From Daphnia carinata (Eukaryota): a stretch of 64,000 nucleotides of DNA. The notes beneath the pieces are model-generated. The model was not told where the DNA came from. It was given only the letters and a program-made list of their open reading frames with translations, and did no database searches. A program made the translations under genes and the position numbers. The DNA lies in the NCBI RefSeq assembly GCF_022539665.2, contig NC_081333.1, positions 9,424,001-9,488,000 of the forward strand, written 5' to 3'. Of this stretch, positions 38,910-52,559 are shown one piece after another. The stretch's first letter is position 1, and each line of letters begins with the position of its first letter.

Positions 38910-40606
38910 ATGAGGCTGTTGATCGGTTTTGCCTTAGTTTCGCTCGCAGTGGGATCGACGTTTTTCCCAACAGAAAAAGTAAGCTTAACTACTACAGTCA
39001 CGTATCGATTTATTTTGTTCACAAAGCTTTTTCATAAAGGATGAAGTGGATTTGGTGCCTACCAATCAAAACGATAAGATGTCAGGTCGCATCGCTGTCC
39101 CGCCACCAAACAATCTCCGTAAGCTCTTCTCAGACCTGTCCACTTGTTTCATCCGCAAAATAATCACGTCTTTATTGGCTTCGACTTCAGCTCCGAATCG
39201 AAACGGCGGCATCGTTAATGCAGCTCCGATCCTCAACCCTGTTGCGGCCCCAATTGTTAACACAGGCCCCGTCGGCGCACTTGTGAGCGGCGGAGCTTCA
39301 CAGGTGTTCTTTTCGCCTGTCCGCATCAACATAGACCAGTCGTCGCAACTCTACGTGCCACCTGGAACAGACGGCCGCATTACAGTATTGCTCAAGAACG
39401 ACGGCGTAGGAGACTTTTTTCTTCTCAGCGGAGGCGACGACAAAAATTTCTTCATCCAGTTCGACTATGCCCAGTACGTCACTCTCTTTCAAACAGAATT
39501 CGTATGAAATATTTCACACCTTACGGCTGACAGAGTATTGACCAAGCGGGCGATACTTCCGTTCACTTTTTACTTCCTTCCTCTTTTCATCAATCACGAT
39601 ACATTGTCTGCACCAATCATCCGTTTAATTGTCCAATTTGACCCCGATTCGAGGCTTTTTTTTCATATTGAATTTTATTTCTTTATTTCCTTTTTTTGTG
39701 TATCAGGATACAATTGGGTCCAGGTCAAACGTTAGCAGTTCCCGGTAGAATTCGAGTGCCCCAATATGCCAACAATGTCGTTTCTACACTTACAATCATT
39801 GTTCAGAGAAGGACGGACAACGCTATTTCACGGAGACAAGTTTACATTCGCACGAAATCTGAGGTATTTAATTTTAGGTTGTTGTTTTCTTAACAAACAC
39901 TGAGGCATGGCAAATTAATTCTCGCCCCAACTCTGTTTAAGCCAGGAGAAAAGTGGGCCCCATGGTGTACAATAAGAACGGTGACTCGGTGTGACAGCTA
40001 TTTGGATGAGTCAATTTGCGCCAGCCGATACTGGAACATGAGAGCGGAAATTCAGGACACAGAAGCAGGTACTTTAAAATCAATTAGCTCTCTTACATTG
40101 ATTCAAATTTCCTGCTTATCTTAATCTACTCGAAGAAAACCTAAAACCTATTCCAATCTTATGTTCCCCTAATTAATTTTCGAATTGTTTTTAGGTCTAT
40201 TGTCAGTGAGCATCAAACCAGATGGGCGCTTCCTAGGGGAGGATTTTCCAGTTGGAACTAACGACTCGATTGCAGTGGAGCAAAGCGTCTCCTGCTGCAC
40301 CACTGGTGTCGACATCACGGCAGTTGACGTTCGCGGGAACACGGTTACATGTCGAGCCGATCAATGTAATTGAAAAAAAATTTTTGCGTCACAAGTTTTA
40401 TGTTCAATCGATGTAAACTACTTCTGTTCTAAGCAGATTCTATTTATCTGAGCTCGGGAGATGTTGCTGCCATCACTCTTGGGGTTTTGCTACTGATTCT
40501 TCTACTAGTCATCATCATTCTCGCCATTTGCAGGTGCTGTCGACGACGGAAGGAAAGGTCAATCAAAACAGCACCTATTCCGAGGAGTAAGAAGGATCAA
40601 GCATGA
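38910..40606 (+). CDS. Type-I single-pass membrane protein resembling the C-terminal region of VWA7-like proteins
   Basis: Signal peptide MRLLIGFALVSLAVG. Exons approx. 38910-38978, 39040-39118, 39191-39473, 39707-39862, 39942-40068, 40195-40366, 40437-40606. Motifs WNMRAEIQDTEAGLLSV...FPVGT...VSCCTTGVDITAVDVRGNTVTC, TM segment VAAITLGVLLLILLLVIIILAI, basic tail CRCCRRRK. The gene model is firm; the family call is from memory. Confidence 0.75.
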
Positions 40607-41683
40607 CTAGCACGGTTCAGTCCTAAAAGATCAAAGCCCAAGGACATTTCCATTACTGTTACAACAGTTGGTGACAACTAGTAAATTTAATTTTACAAAA
40701 GGGCGGAAATCGGAAAGTACCATCCACATTACACAATTGAATGTAGGGACTGAACCAACTATGGGTGGAGGCTCACTTCATGTCTAAAATATTACTTTAG
40801 GATAGAAAGACACACAACTGTTGGTGAGGAACAATCATAAGGAAAAAAGACGTCAATGTTCAATTTCAAACAAAGCATCTTTTCATAAAAAATAATTCTA
40901 AAATATATATTTCTTTTGGAAACAAGTAGGCACTTGCCCACATAATAGCATAGCTTAACAAATTATCTCGTTCATGTTTCTTTCTGAATTTGGTTATCGG
41001 TATAAATCAACCTAATTATTCTAAGAACACTGTGCCTTTTTGTGTAGAAATTTAAAAATGTCAAGGTAGTTATTATTGTTTCGAAGAGGATGCATTTATC
41101 CCTCATTGCTGAGTATAGCTTAGTCACCTCAGAAAGTTTTCTTTAACGGTCGCCTTTCATGACCTTACGGTGAGCTATCAAAGTGCTAATGAATGTTTGT
41201 TAAATGACTTACTTGTGCTTTCCATCATTTTTGTTGAGTAACTGTCGTACTTTTTATTCACTTAAAAAAAATGAGTGAGTCACTTTTGACTCATGAAAAA
41301 TCAAGAGCACTTAGACTTTTACCCTGCTCAGCTGCTCTGCTATCCTAAAGAGTTTTTCTTCTGCTCTATATTTTGTTTATGATTTTTGTCCACAAACGAT
41401 GCCAGACTGAATAAAATTATTTCTCCCATTTGTACAAAAAAAGAAAAAAATAAGAAAAAAAATTTGAATCATTGCCCTTTGCACATGCGTAATTCATTTT
41501 GAATGATAAATTAAGCAAATTTTCGGTAAAACATATATTTTTACAGAAGCTGAGAAAAAACACTTTTGCAGCATCAACAACAGAAACGTGTTTTCACTTT
41601 TCAGTCCATTGACAGCTGATCGTAAGCCTCAGAAGACCGCGCAGTAAATTGATTCCGGTTGTGATTGTTTTTTGTCTTTCGCG

Positions 41684-44600
41684 ATGGCATCCTTAGAAAA
41701 ACTTATTCGAGCTCTTGATCAATTACAGATAACAGAAATTTCAAATTTAGATACCTCCATAAAGAAAAAAGAAATAAAAACATATGTGTTGAACATAGTT
41801 GAATTCAATTGCAGCACTAATGTACAAAACCACAAAGATTTTGTCTCATATATTGCCTCTAGTATAGACTCACTCATAAGATTATGTGATTCCAAGGATT
41901 CTGACATTAGATTAGCAAGTGATGAAGGACTGTATAAAGTTATCAAGGTTTGATATGACATACTCATATGAATTCTCTCTTCAGTGAGAATTCATAATAA
42001 ATTTCCTTTATTTTTTTCAGGCCCTACTTCCATTGCACAGTAACAGAATACTAGTAGAACTATGTAAGCAGATAAAGAAAAATGAATCTCCTCGAATATT
42101 GAAGTTGTCTATGAATAGATTTGCAGAACTTTGCCATCTGGCTCGGTATTGTTCTACATTATTTGCAAAATATTTCTGATAATAAGAATATTTTTTAGGC
42201 CACAGAAAAGACGTGCATATCTGGCAAACCTGTTCAATGCAATATCTGTGATTGCTAATCGTAAGGAAGAGATGCTTCATGAAAGCTTGTCAAATTTTGT
42301 TTCTAAAGTTTTCAGTGTTATGGGAATATTTGCATTTGAAAATGAAACAAAAATTCTACTTAAAGGATTCCTATCAAATTTATCTTCTAAATCTTCTATC
42401 ATAAGAAGGTGTGCAGCCAATGCAATTACAGTAATCATATCTACAAACAGAAAGTCTGATGTTTTACTGGCATTAGTTGTGGAATATTTGACTGGTATGT
42501 CACTTGTGGGATTTGATGTGCATACATGCTACTAATTATTTAAATCTCATTATGTTTTTTAGATCAAATCCTTCTGTCTGAGGATATTGCAATGGCAGAT
42601 ATGTCTGTGATTACAGGAACATTATTAACTCTAAAATTGTTACTTCCTGTTTTTCCATCCCCATCTGTTCCTGTCAAAGAAAACAATAACCTTTACTTGG
42701 GTAGTCAACATTCTAAAAGTGCTGCTACCATGAATGCAGTGGCAGTAGAACGCATCGTTCAAGTATCATTCATCTAGTTCACTTAATTTTATTCAACGTT
42801 AAAGGTCTACTTTTCCGAGCAGATCTTTGAACTTGGAGTTCACTATTCGTTTTCTTCGGATCACAACGTCGTTAACGCAGCTTTAGAACTTCTTCAGCAA
42901 TTGCTAAAAATGCGGACGCTTTTACTAGCCATTCCCGCCCTAAAAAGTGCAAATGGGTTACAAGGGACTCGCATATCGTTACGAGGATTGTCAAAAGAAA
43001 ATAGTTAGCTATTTATTGTAGTTGAAACGCATTTTAAATGTATTAACCTCTTTGATGTCTAACGCATTTAGGTCAATGGAATTTAACTGCGCTACCTGTT
43101 GCCGAAGAATCACTTTTGCTAGAAGCAGATGTTCATTTGGTAGAATTCGAAAAAACAAACTTAGATTCAACTGAAATCGATGTTGAGATTGCAGAAGATT
43201 CCATTATTACGGTTGGAGGGGATGAGCAAGATGAGCTTTTGAAAAGTGCGGCTCTTCTTGAAAGCGACATTTTGCCAGCAGAGAAAGATTTAGAAGAAAC
43301 TGATGTTGAGCAAGAAAGCTGTGATGTCGTTGATGCTCCAAAGGTCAGTGTCTTGAATTATTTAAAAAAAAACGTAGCTAATTCGATTGATTTGTTTCTA
43401 GGTGATTGACATAGGTTCATTGTATGACAAAACAGGATGCTCTCCCCTCCTCTACTGCGCTCGCCATTTGTCTTACAGTTTCTTGCTCTCGGAAAGAAAA
43501 GGTCAAATGAAGTCGGATAGATCAGTTCGCGTTTCAGTAAAAAGTCTAGCCCTTAATTGCCTAGCGCAGGTTGGATGTCTGGAACCTCTAATTTGGAATT
43601 CTTATTTATCAGATTCAGGTATTAGGCAGGTTTTAAAGAGGTTAATATCACTTCTATACTCTAATGGGTTTTCTCTTTGGTAGAAAGAAACACGGATGAC
43701 AGCATAGCGATAATTGATGTATTGCAGTATCGTACACACGAGGATCCACAGTTAAGAGGACAAGTGTCTCTACTGGCTTGCATGGTGTTAAGCAGTGTGA
43801 TTAGTGGTTTTAATTTGACTGGAATTGAATCAAAAACATTAGTACGCATTATTGATGAAACTTTAAAAGATAGAGAAGCGGCCGCTTCTCGCCTTGCCCT
43901 TCAGGGTCTACAACATTTCTTGCCGATGGCATTGGAGGGTTCATTTTGCGTTGAAACTACTCCATTGCTACGTTCTTTATTAAAGCTGGCAGAAAATCCG
44001 TATTGGCTAGTACGAGTAGATCTATTAGAAGTCTTTACTTCATTTTCTTGGGCGGCCTTGGAATTTGGGATCCAGAATAAGACAAGCTTTAGTCTGCCTA
44101 TGTTCCAAGAGGCATTCCTACGTAAGCCATTTTTTTTACGTTTCAAATATTACTTTCATCGTCCCATGTTAATTGTTTATGTTTAACAGGTAAGGTTGCA
44201 TTTACGATGATAGGTGACGAAGATCAGCGAGTCCGAAGTGCAGTGGCGAATTGTATTAAGTGTTTGGTTGAGTCATGGACCACAACAAGAAGCCCACCAA
44301 GTGTCATTCGCCTCAAATCATTGGCGTCTGCGTGTAATTTTTCACATCAAAAACTATCCTCGAAAACGTTTGCCGGGGTGCCTTTGTCAATCAATGGATT
44401 GGCAGATGCTTATTGTGACAGTCCCGTAAACGGAAACATAGTGGGAAACTTAGCATATTTTGTTGATGAACTATTTAAGTTACTGGTTTCATCCAACTCA
44501 AAATTTGTCAAGGTTCTTCAGTTATTAGTGTCTTATTTTTTAAACTAGAAAATTAATTTGTCGTTTGATTTTAGGTGGGTTGTTTGCAAGCTCTAGCCGA

Positions 44601-47600
44601 CTTAAGCCGTTCGTATCCTCCTGCTACGTATTTGGAAATTTACGGTTGTAGTTCAAAAGGATCGTGCAGTCTCCTAAAAGTTTGCATAGCCCTCATGACG
44701 AATTCCACGTTGATGTTGGATCTGGCAACCCACCAAAGCCTAATCACACTTTCAACTCAACTATTTGCAGGTTATTTTCGTTTTACTTTACGAATTATGT
44801 ATTACTTTCTTTAATTAAATATTGTACTCTATATTACTTACATGATTAAATACTTTACTTATGTATTACGGTTTTTCATTCTTCTTTGTTTTTCAATTTG
44901 TTATTATTAGGTTGCGTCAAGGTGGATTTAAATGCACCAGAATCAGAAACTGAAGACAAAGAATGGCATTTTCTAACTGGCCCGTTGGCCACTACTGCGT
45001 CATATCTGCTAAGTCACATTAGTCGTATCTTGAATGCGTTTTGTTGCGTCCTCGACGATGTCAATCCCTTGTCGGTTTCCATAAAAGCACCTTTAGTGAC
45101 ACTTCCAAACCCATCCGCACTAAGTCCTATACGTCGCAAACTTCGGGCCTCTGAAGGACCAATCTTGGACAAGGAAGATAAATCAGATGAATTTGCGCGT
45201 AAGAGCAAACCACATATACTTAATCCAAGTAATATTGGGTTTTTCGCTGCTCAATCTCTCTATGTCAAGCTATACGAATTACTTAAGAGTACCAACGCCA
45301 CATGCAAGGTATATTTATTTACTCTGCTGGTATACGGTTGTTTTCAATTACAGATTTTATTTAAATTTTAGCTAAGCTTCGACACTGTCACCTCCGAACG
45401 GCTATCCAGTTTTATCCAGTCCACTTTGAAGGCACTGGCTGCTCTTGTTGAAGTATACAATTTTCAAGACATTGGCAAACACAGTGAAGAAATCCTAAAT
45501 TATTTACGTATTATAATTACTGTTGAACCAGTTTACTGTTTGCAAGCCGTGCAACAGGTTAGAATTTTTCCTTTAGTTGTTTACCAATATCTCACTTTTT
45601 TAATGGTTATTTTTCAGCTATTGAAAGCGCTCTTCGGGACGAATTTAGCAGCCGTCTGGTATGATGAAGCCACTCGATTTAAAAGAGGGTGTATTTCTCC
45701 CAGTTTTTCGGTAACAATGAAAAAAGATCAAAGTGTGTCTCTAAGCTACGGATTCGATGATTATCTATATCGTGATACCGTCCGCCAAATGAACTTCAAG
45801 TGAGTTTTCCAAATATGATTATTTTTTATGTATGTTTTCTTTTATTTCTATCTTGCTTATTTGTTCTTAGCTTAACTGGTGAGAGACCAAGTCTCATAAC
45901 CAAATTTCGAACGTCTGTGAACAAAATAGGTCCTGATAAAAATGCTTTAACTTCATATATTCGCTTATTTGAGCCCATGGTCATCAAAGCCCTGAAAGTA
46001 TAGTTACGACAGTCGTGTTCCTAAAGGTTAATTGCCATCACCTTATTTTACCTTACTTATAGTTGTATACAGTAACGAGCTGCCCGCATGTCCAAAAGCA
46101 AGTTTTGGATCTTCTTTGTGAACTGATCCATTTGTGCGTCAATTATTGTCTCCTGGATGCCGATCAGGTTTTTCTGAATTTTGTCATCCAGCAGTTCGAG
46201 TTCCTCGAAGAAGGTTTCATTCCGTAAGTACATCCCCTTGGAATTGTTTTGTTCAACCTAATTTTATCATTAACCTCTTAATGTCTAAACAGGCAAGTTG
46301 AAACTTTATTGCCCTCCATGTTCCGATTTCTGTCCCTACTGTCGTACGACAGATTTCATTCAAAAACCATTATTTCTGTGCCGCGCATAATGCAGCTTGC
46401 AGGGGGACTAATGGCTACCGGGAAGGATGCTGAACTTCATGGTAAACTTATCTCTTATCTTGTTCAAACAATCCAATTTCCAAAAGACGAAGGCTATGTT
46501 TTTGCAATTCGTAGTGCTTCCGACCTTGCGACCAATGGTCGAGGATCTTTTTCTTTCGAGAGAGAGAATGAGTGACAACTTCAAAGAACTTGAAACTCAA
46601 AAAGAAGTGCTAATAAATATTTTACTCCGGCTTCTTCAATATCACAAGGTCTTTTCAATAGTCAAAAACTTCGTTATAATGAATTATCCACTTCGACGAA
46701 TCTTCCTAATAACGCGACATGTACGAAATTATTTTGTAGGTTTATCCTTTGATTACCGCTATCCTGCTTCAAGTCCAGTTCGAAAATGCGAGCAAATGGA
46801 AATCTCTCTCGAAGCAAATATGCGACGCACTCATCCCTCACCTTAATAAGCATTCACTATTCTTAGATTCGGACGAAGCGCTCCAGATGCTTTATAAACT
46901 AATTTCTCATATGGATCCACCTGTTGTTCACGAGTCGTTGCTAGGACTCCTACAAACATTTACTCCTAAACAGTCAGAGGATGTGCATTCTTCCGCAACT
47001 TTGGTTAGCAAAACAACGAACAATTTTTTAAATAATGGATCATTAATGTTATTTCTTATATTCTATCTCTTTTTTGAAGAATTATCATCGGGTATTGGCG
47101 TGTCGCCTAACGGTTTTTAAAACCTTGATTTCCGTTTTTGACGAAGCCTTCCTGTTAGACTGTTTGAATGAATTTAACCTTAGTTATCTGATCAATCAGA
47201 GGAGTGATCCATTGAACGTGACGCCTACAGAAAATTCACCGCCGGATCACATCTTGTCAAGGTAGTGTGCTAAAAAGTTTTGTTTTTCAGCATATTCACG
47301 TTTTCTGATATCTATTTGTCTGTTCCTAGTTTACTGGTCGACACCCTTAGGTTAGCATTTAGTCATTGGAAGAGTAAAATTTTTGCAGATAGCTGTGGAT
47401 CAACCTTGATATCATGGAAAATCGATTGTTTCTCCTTCTCCGTTCATCTCGTATTGGACCTGATAGCGCTGTGCCACCAGTTAGTGAACGCCGGTTAGTC
47501 GTTCAGAGAAACCTGTTGTAAGGATCCTGAAATAACTTTTAATGTTGTTTAGAAGATTTTCCAGTGCTCCGTACGGCCATTCGTGCAGAATTGGCCCGTG

Positions 47601-50600
47601 AAGAGTGTAAATACCCTTTATTTGAAGTGGCAAGGGAATTAATTCCCAACAATCCGATAGTTTTTGCACGGTTTTGTGCTTTGCTATCGCCAGAAATTCA
47701 TTGCTTTGAAGCCAACAACATGCAGCAGTTTTTTACTGGGCTCAATGGAAGCATTGCAGAAGCAGGATATTTCTTAGTGCTACTAGGAAATATGGTAAGC
47801 GGAAAATACCCTAATGCAGTAAATTATATTAGCACTTGAAAATGAAAAAAACTTTGTCTGTCAGCGGAAACAAGAAGAAAAACTCGAAGCATTCATTAGT
47901 GTACATGCTGACCTTATCTTGAGTTACTGTAGTGAAACACCTGTGAAGAAGTTCTTCGAAAATCTAGTTGTTGATAAAAACTTGATCAAGCCGCTTGTGA
48001 AATGCGTATTGGCAAAGAACGGAATCTCGCTGGTAAAAAAAAAAGATTGGGTGAGGGATAATTCTGCATTCTTATCTATCTATTCTGGCTCAATTATCAG
48101 GTCGCCGCTGCCGTGTCCCTCTTCAACATAATAGAGGCTCTCCAAATTGCGAATGTCGAAGATATACTTTTAGAAGTTGTATCTAGCTTCCAGTCAATCT
48201 CCAATGGTGTCGTGCATAAAAAGTTAGAAAAGCTTTTATTAAAACTGAACTTTGCCTGTGCTGAATCCCACCTTCAGTGTCTGAAAAAAGCCCAAGAAAT
48301 CATTCTTCTGTCAAAAAATGAAAGGTACATTGTCCAATGATTAGCAAAAAGTGATTTATTTTTAATTGAATTATTTTTTTCAAGATGGTACCTCGAGCTC
48401 ATGACCAAGCACAGCGCATCGCCTGCGCGAAAACTAGAAACGTTATGCGTAATAGATAAAGCATTCTTGCTAGAATTTGCGTTGAACAGGTTGTATCACA
48501 ATAAGTATTATTTGTTTTATGTACTGAATTAACCGGTGTTTACTTAGAAATCTGGAACCAATCATGTGGCAAGAAATCGTCAACCTCATCAACCTAGATG
48601 ATCTCCCAAAATTGTTTAACAATTACTCTTTCCTCTCATTCGCCGTTGAAACTGGTCGAAAGTCAAAACCCGATATTTTTTTCCGCGTCAAAACAAATTT
48701 TTTAAATATGATTGATACTCAAGCTTTAGATAACATTAAGGTACATGTATTTTTTAGAGAATTGTTTTCATTATTCCTACTTAACCATGGATGTTCCATG
48801 TCTTCTGGCAGATCTTGTCAGTCGCGCATGTACTAAGCGAAATGTGCAAAACGATTCAACCGTCGGAAGTCAAGGATATTTTTTCTCCATCCGAAATCAG
48901 CATATTGGCGAAAATGACACTTATCTTCATGGCCGCCATGGATTCGCTTCAACGTTCATTAGTTCTACTACCAGCTTCATCGGCGATTGTTTCCGTATTC
49001 GGCCTTGAGCTTCCCAGTGTATGGACAAATAGAGATACTCTTCCGGCTGTTTACAAAGCAATAGATACATTGGAATCTCTATGTATTCGGTTAAGGAACA
49101 ACACAACGCTTGAACACCCCAGTGTCACCGGTAGGCCGTTGAAAATTAGCAGAATTGTTTTGTGTTTGTATTAAAAAACGTTTCGAATTTAGGCTTGGAG
49201 CACATGAATTGCCCCGACCCGAACTTTGTTTCAGGTGCGCAACAGTTGGGCCGGATAGTTACGTTTTTGGAACAAGAAACTCACATTCCAGAAGTATTAC
49301 ACAAAGATTTGCTGTAAGTTTAGGCTAAGAATCCAAAATTACAAATCTTGAAGTTTCTAGTCACTATCGTAATTTGATTTGCTTGCGAAAATGTATAGAT
49401 CGATCGCAATTGCGTTTTGCCGAATGCCGCTGTTTTACTCCTATACTTGCATTCCACCCTCGGTTTGGAACAAAGGCTGGAATCCTGTGCTAGCATTTGA
49501 TGTCGAGCGCATCACATTGGATCTGCCGATTGTGCCCTCATATTTTCTGCACGATGAAATTGTCTTGAAGGAATTCATTTTTCGGTATGGTATCAACCTG
49601 GCCTGCTAAATTTTTATTACGTTCTCGTATTTTTACGGTTCTTTCGCCCATGTTTTCGTATTAGAATAGAACGGATTCGCTGGATAACAAAAAAGAAATT
49701 CGAAGAAATCTGGATGACTTTCCTCGGAATTCTGAATTTGCAGAACGAAGATAACGTACGCCCAGAAGAGCAAGCCAGCGTTATCCAGGTATTGTGTAAG
49801 ATCTGTTTTGTTTATTCTCGGGTTATCTTAACACCTGTATTCACTTAAAGGCTACATGTGAAGCTGTACATGCTCTTACCATGGTGCTCCAAAAAAATTT
49901 ACCATTCAGAACGTCAAATCCGGCGCCCAGTGCCAATAACCTTGATAAAATTCCCGACTTCATGCATACTGAGTTAGTCAAATTGCATGGAATATAGAGA
50001 ATAATTCTAATGAATCTCGGTTTTTATACTTTACAGAAGAGGCAAAAAACTGAAAGAACTCTGCACTTTATTGTCGGATGATTGCAACGCCACATCTTCA
50101 TGCAATTCAATCTATTATTTCAATCGCCTCTCTTTCAGACATATCCAACGCAACATTGATCAAGGTTCACCATCTAAAAAGAAAGCTGCTAGTCCTGAGG
50201 AGATTACGGATATAGACATCCAATCTTGCGTTCGCTTCTTGGTGGATCTCTATTCGCAGTGGCTTCAGAGTTCGGTAAATTAAATTCTAGTTAAAAAAAA
50301 AACATTACATTGTTTCTAAAAACAGTTTATTTATTGGATTTATTTGAAGACTACGCCGTATCCGCTACTAGTAGACTTATTTCGATCTCTGCTGCACATA
50401 TCGGATTTCTTTGTGGATACTCAACAGTTTGATTGGTTACTGGACAATTCGCTTGCCTTGTACAAGCAACTCCTACCTGATGATCCAACTAGCTTAGAGT
50501 CCGCCTTGACAGGATGCATATTGAAGTCTGCCTCGTTCACGACTCTAGTACAAAATCAAGTTTCCATGGAGTATTGTATAATCCTTTCTAATGCGTGACA

Positions 50601-52228
50601 TAATCTTTATCAGAATTCAGAATATTGGGATTTAATTAGAAAGCATTGTGAAGCTTCACTATATTCCCAACATATTTCCACACGTGGTAGTGGATTAGAT
50701 GGCCTGTTGTATCTACTGCAAAAATTAACCAGAAATCCAGATCTTGCTCGTACAAGCTCTTTGGTGAATCTTGCTATGGACTATGTCGGGAAATGGCTCA
50801 AGTATAAATAAGTCATATTGTTTGTATTTTAATTTTTCCTCGACCTAATTCCTATTGCCTGAATATGGTTTAAAGTGCTGAAAATAGCGGTCCCACTTGG
50901 TACCAGTCTGTCGTATGGTCAATGGCATTCTATTGCGGCGAACACTTTGCAGTATTACCCTATCAGCATAATGCTGTTGTTGACTTCGTTGTTCAAATCG
51001 CTATTGGCTGGCTTGTGCAAAATCCACAACAACCAACAGAGATACAAAAAGAAATTTTAAAGGTAATCTAGACTACCCACAATTTACTCAATGTGTATCC
51101 ATTGTTTTCACAATTAATTTCATCGTTTTAGGGTTTAGAACGGCTGGGTATTCTCGGATTATTGACCCCGACCTGGCGATTTACCGTTAAGAGAGAGGTA
51201 CTGGCCATTATTCGCAATGTTGATCGAGATCAAATTTTAAAAGCGGCTCTACGAACTTTGTTATCGTTAGTCTACTCAGGTATAGAGCCTAATGTGATTC
51301 CACTATTAGTTTCAATACAAATCACTTTCCTTTTTTTTTCTAAGATTTTGGAAGCCAACTTTATCAACCAGGGGCGGATCCCGAAACGATGCTCGCCGCT
51401 ATGGAATGGGTAGGCGCTCTTTTCCAACGGTAAATCTAATTAAACTACGTGGTTATGGATTCCGAATTCAAATTTTTTCATTGTTCTAGTATGAAACGTG
51501 GAACAGATAAAGAAGCGGAGATCCTTGGCCAAATAATGCCAGTCATAACTTGTGATATTTTTCCGCCAGCAGACATCTTGAACCGAATTTTAAGTGAATT
51601 TATGACGGCCAAACCCACGGTCGCCTGCTGTTTGACTCCAACCATATTTAAGGTAACCGTCAAAATCGAAGGCTTTGCATTATTATATTCAATACCAAAA
51701 TTTTGCCTTCAGGTTTTCGGAGCAGCACGTTCACAAGGCCAGCAAAGTTTGGTCGTGGAATGGATACTGTTAAGCCTGAGCAATTTCACTCGTAACTTAA
51801 GCGATGAATCTGCTAATTCTGTATGGAATATTCTGTGTTTTTTCACTGCGGCTTCCAGTAACCCATGGTTGCAGTCGGTGTAAGTTGTTTTACCAGTATT
51901 ATAATTCATGTTTAAAGAAACAGTTGACCGTGTACCGTTTGGAATTTTAAAGGTTTCCCCTTGTAAACCAACCGGTAAATCCCAGCAGTCCCATGGAAGT
52001 AGAAATATTCGTGGCATCTGCACTGGACTTTGGAAACCAGGTAATGCTGTTCAATGTTGCTAAACGGTACCGTGATAAGCTAAATGGTACGATTATGTTG
52101 CGTGTTTTTGTTATATTCTTTTGTAGCTCGATGACCAACAGCGATCCACGTTGGTCTCCATTTTCTTTTCTGCAAGAGATAATAGTACGTTTTTTGAAGC
52201 TGTTGATGTCGCGCTAAAAAGTTTATGA
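41684..52228 (+). CDS. HTT: Huntingtin (HEAT-repeat scaffold), about 40 short introns
   Basis: N17-like start [147 protein letters not shown]. Last exon 52128-52228 ends ALKSL-TGA. Confidence 0.96.
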
Positions 52229-52559
52229 ATTTGTTCTAGGATGAGTGGCAGTATATAATTTAAAAAACGCAGGTAATATGTTGAAGAATGAGCGTTGTAT
52301 TGAATGAGCTAAAATAATATATGTTATAAAGTTCTTAGTTTACATTTCATTGGACGTTCGTCTGCGGTTGTTGTTTCTACCATAAAATGTAACTTCTGTT
52401 AAACGACTCAAGGTGTTCCTGAAGTTCTCAATATTAAAAAGGGTTCTTTAATAATAACTGCTTACAGTGCCCTGAGAGGCGCAGCATTCTGGAAATTTGG
52501 TAAGCTCCAGAGATGACGTCCTGAAAATCGCCAGTACGCACCGGCATTGTGACAACAAA

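Noticed and set aside
51993..52217. ORF-track end of huntingtin at 52217
   Set aside because: That ORF reads through intron 52041-52127; the spliced frame ends at 52228.
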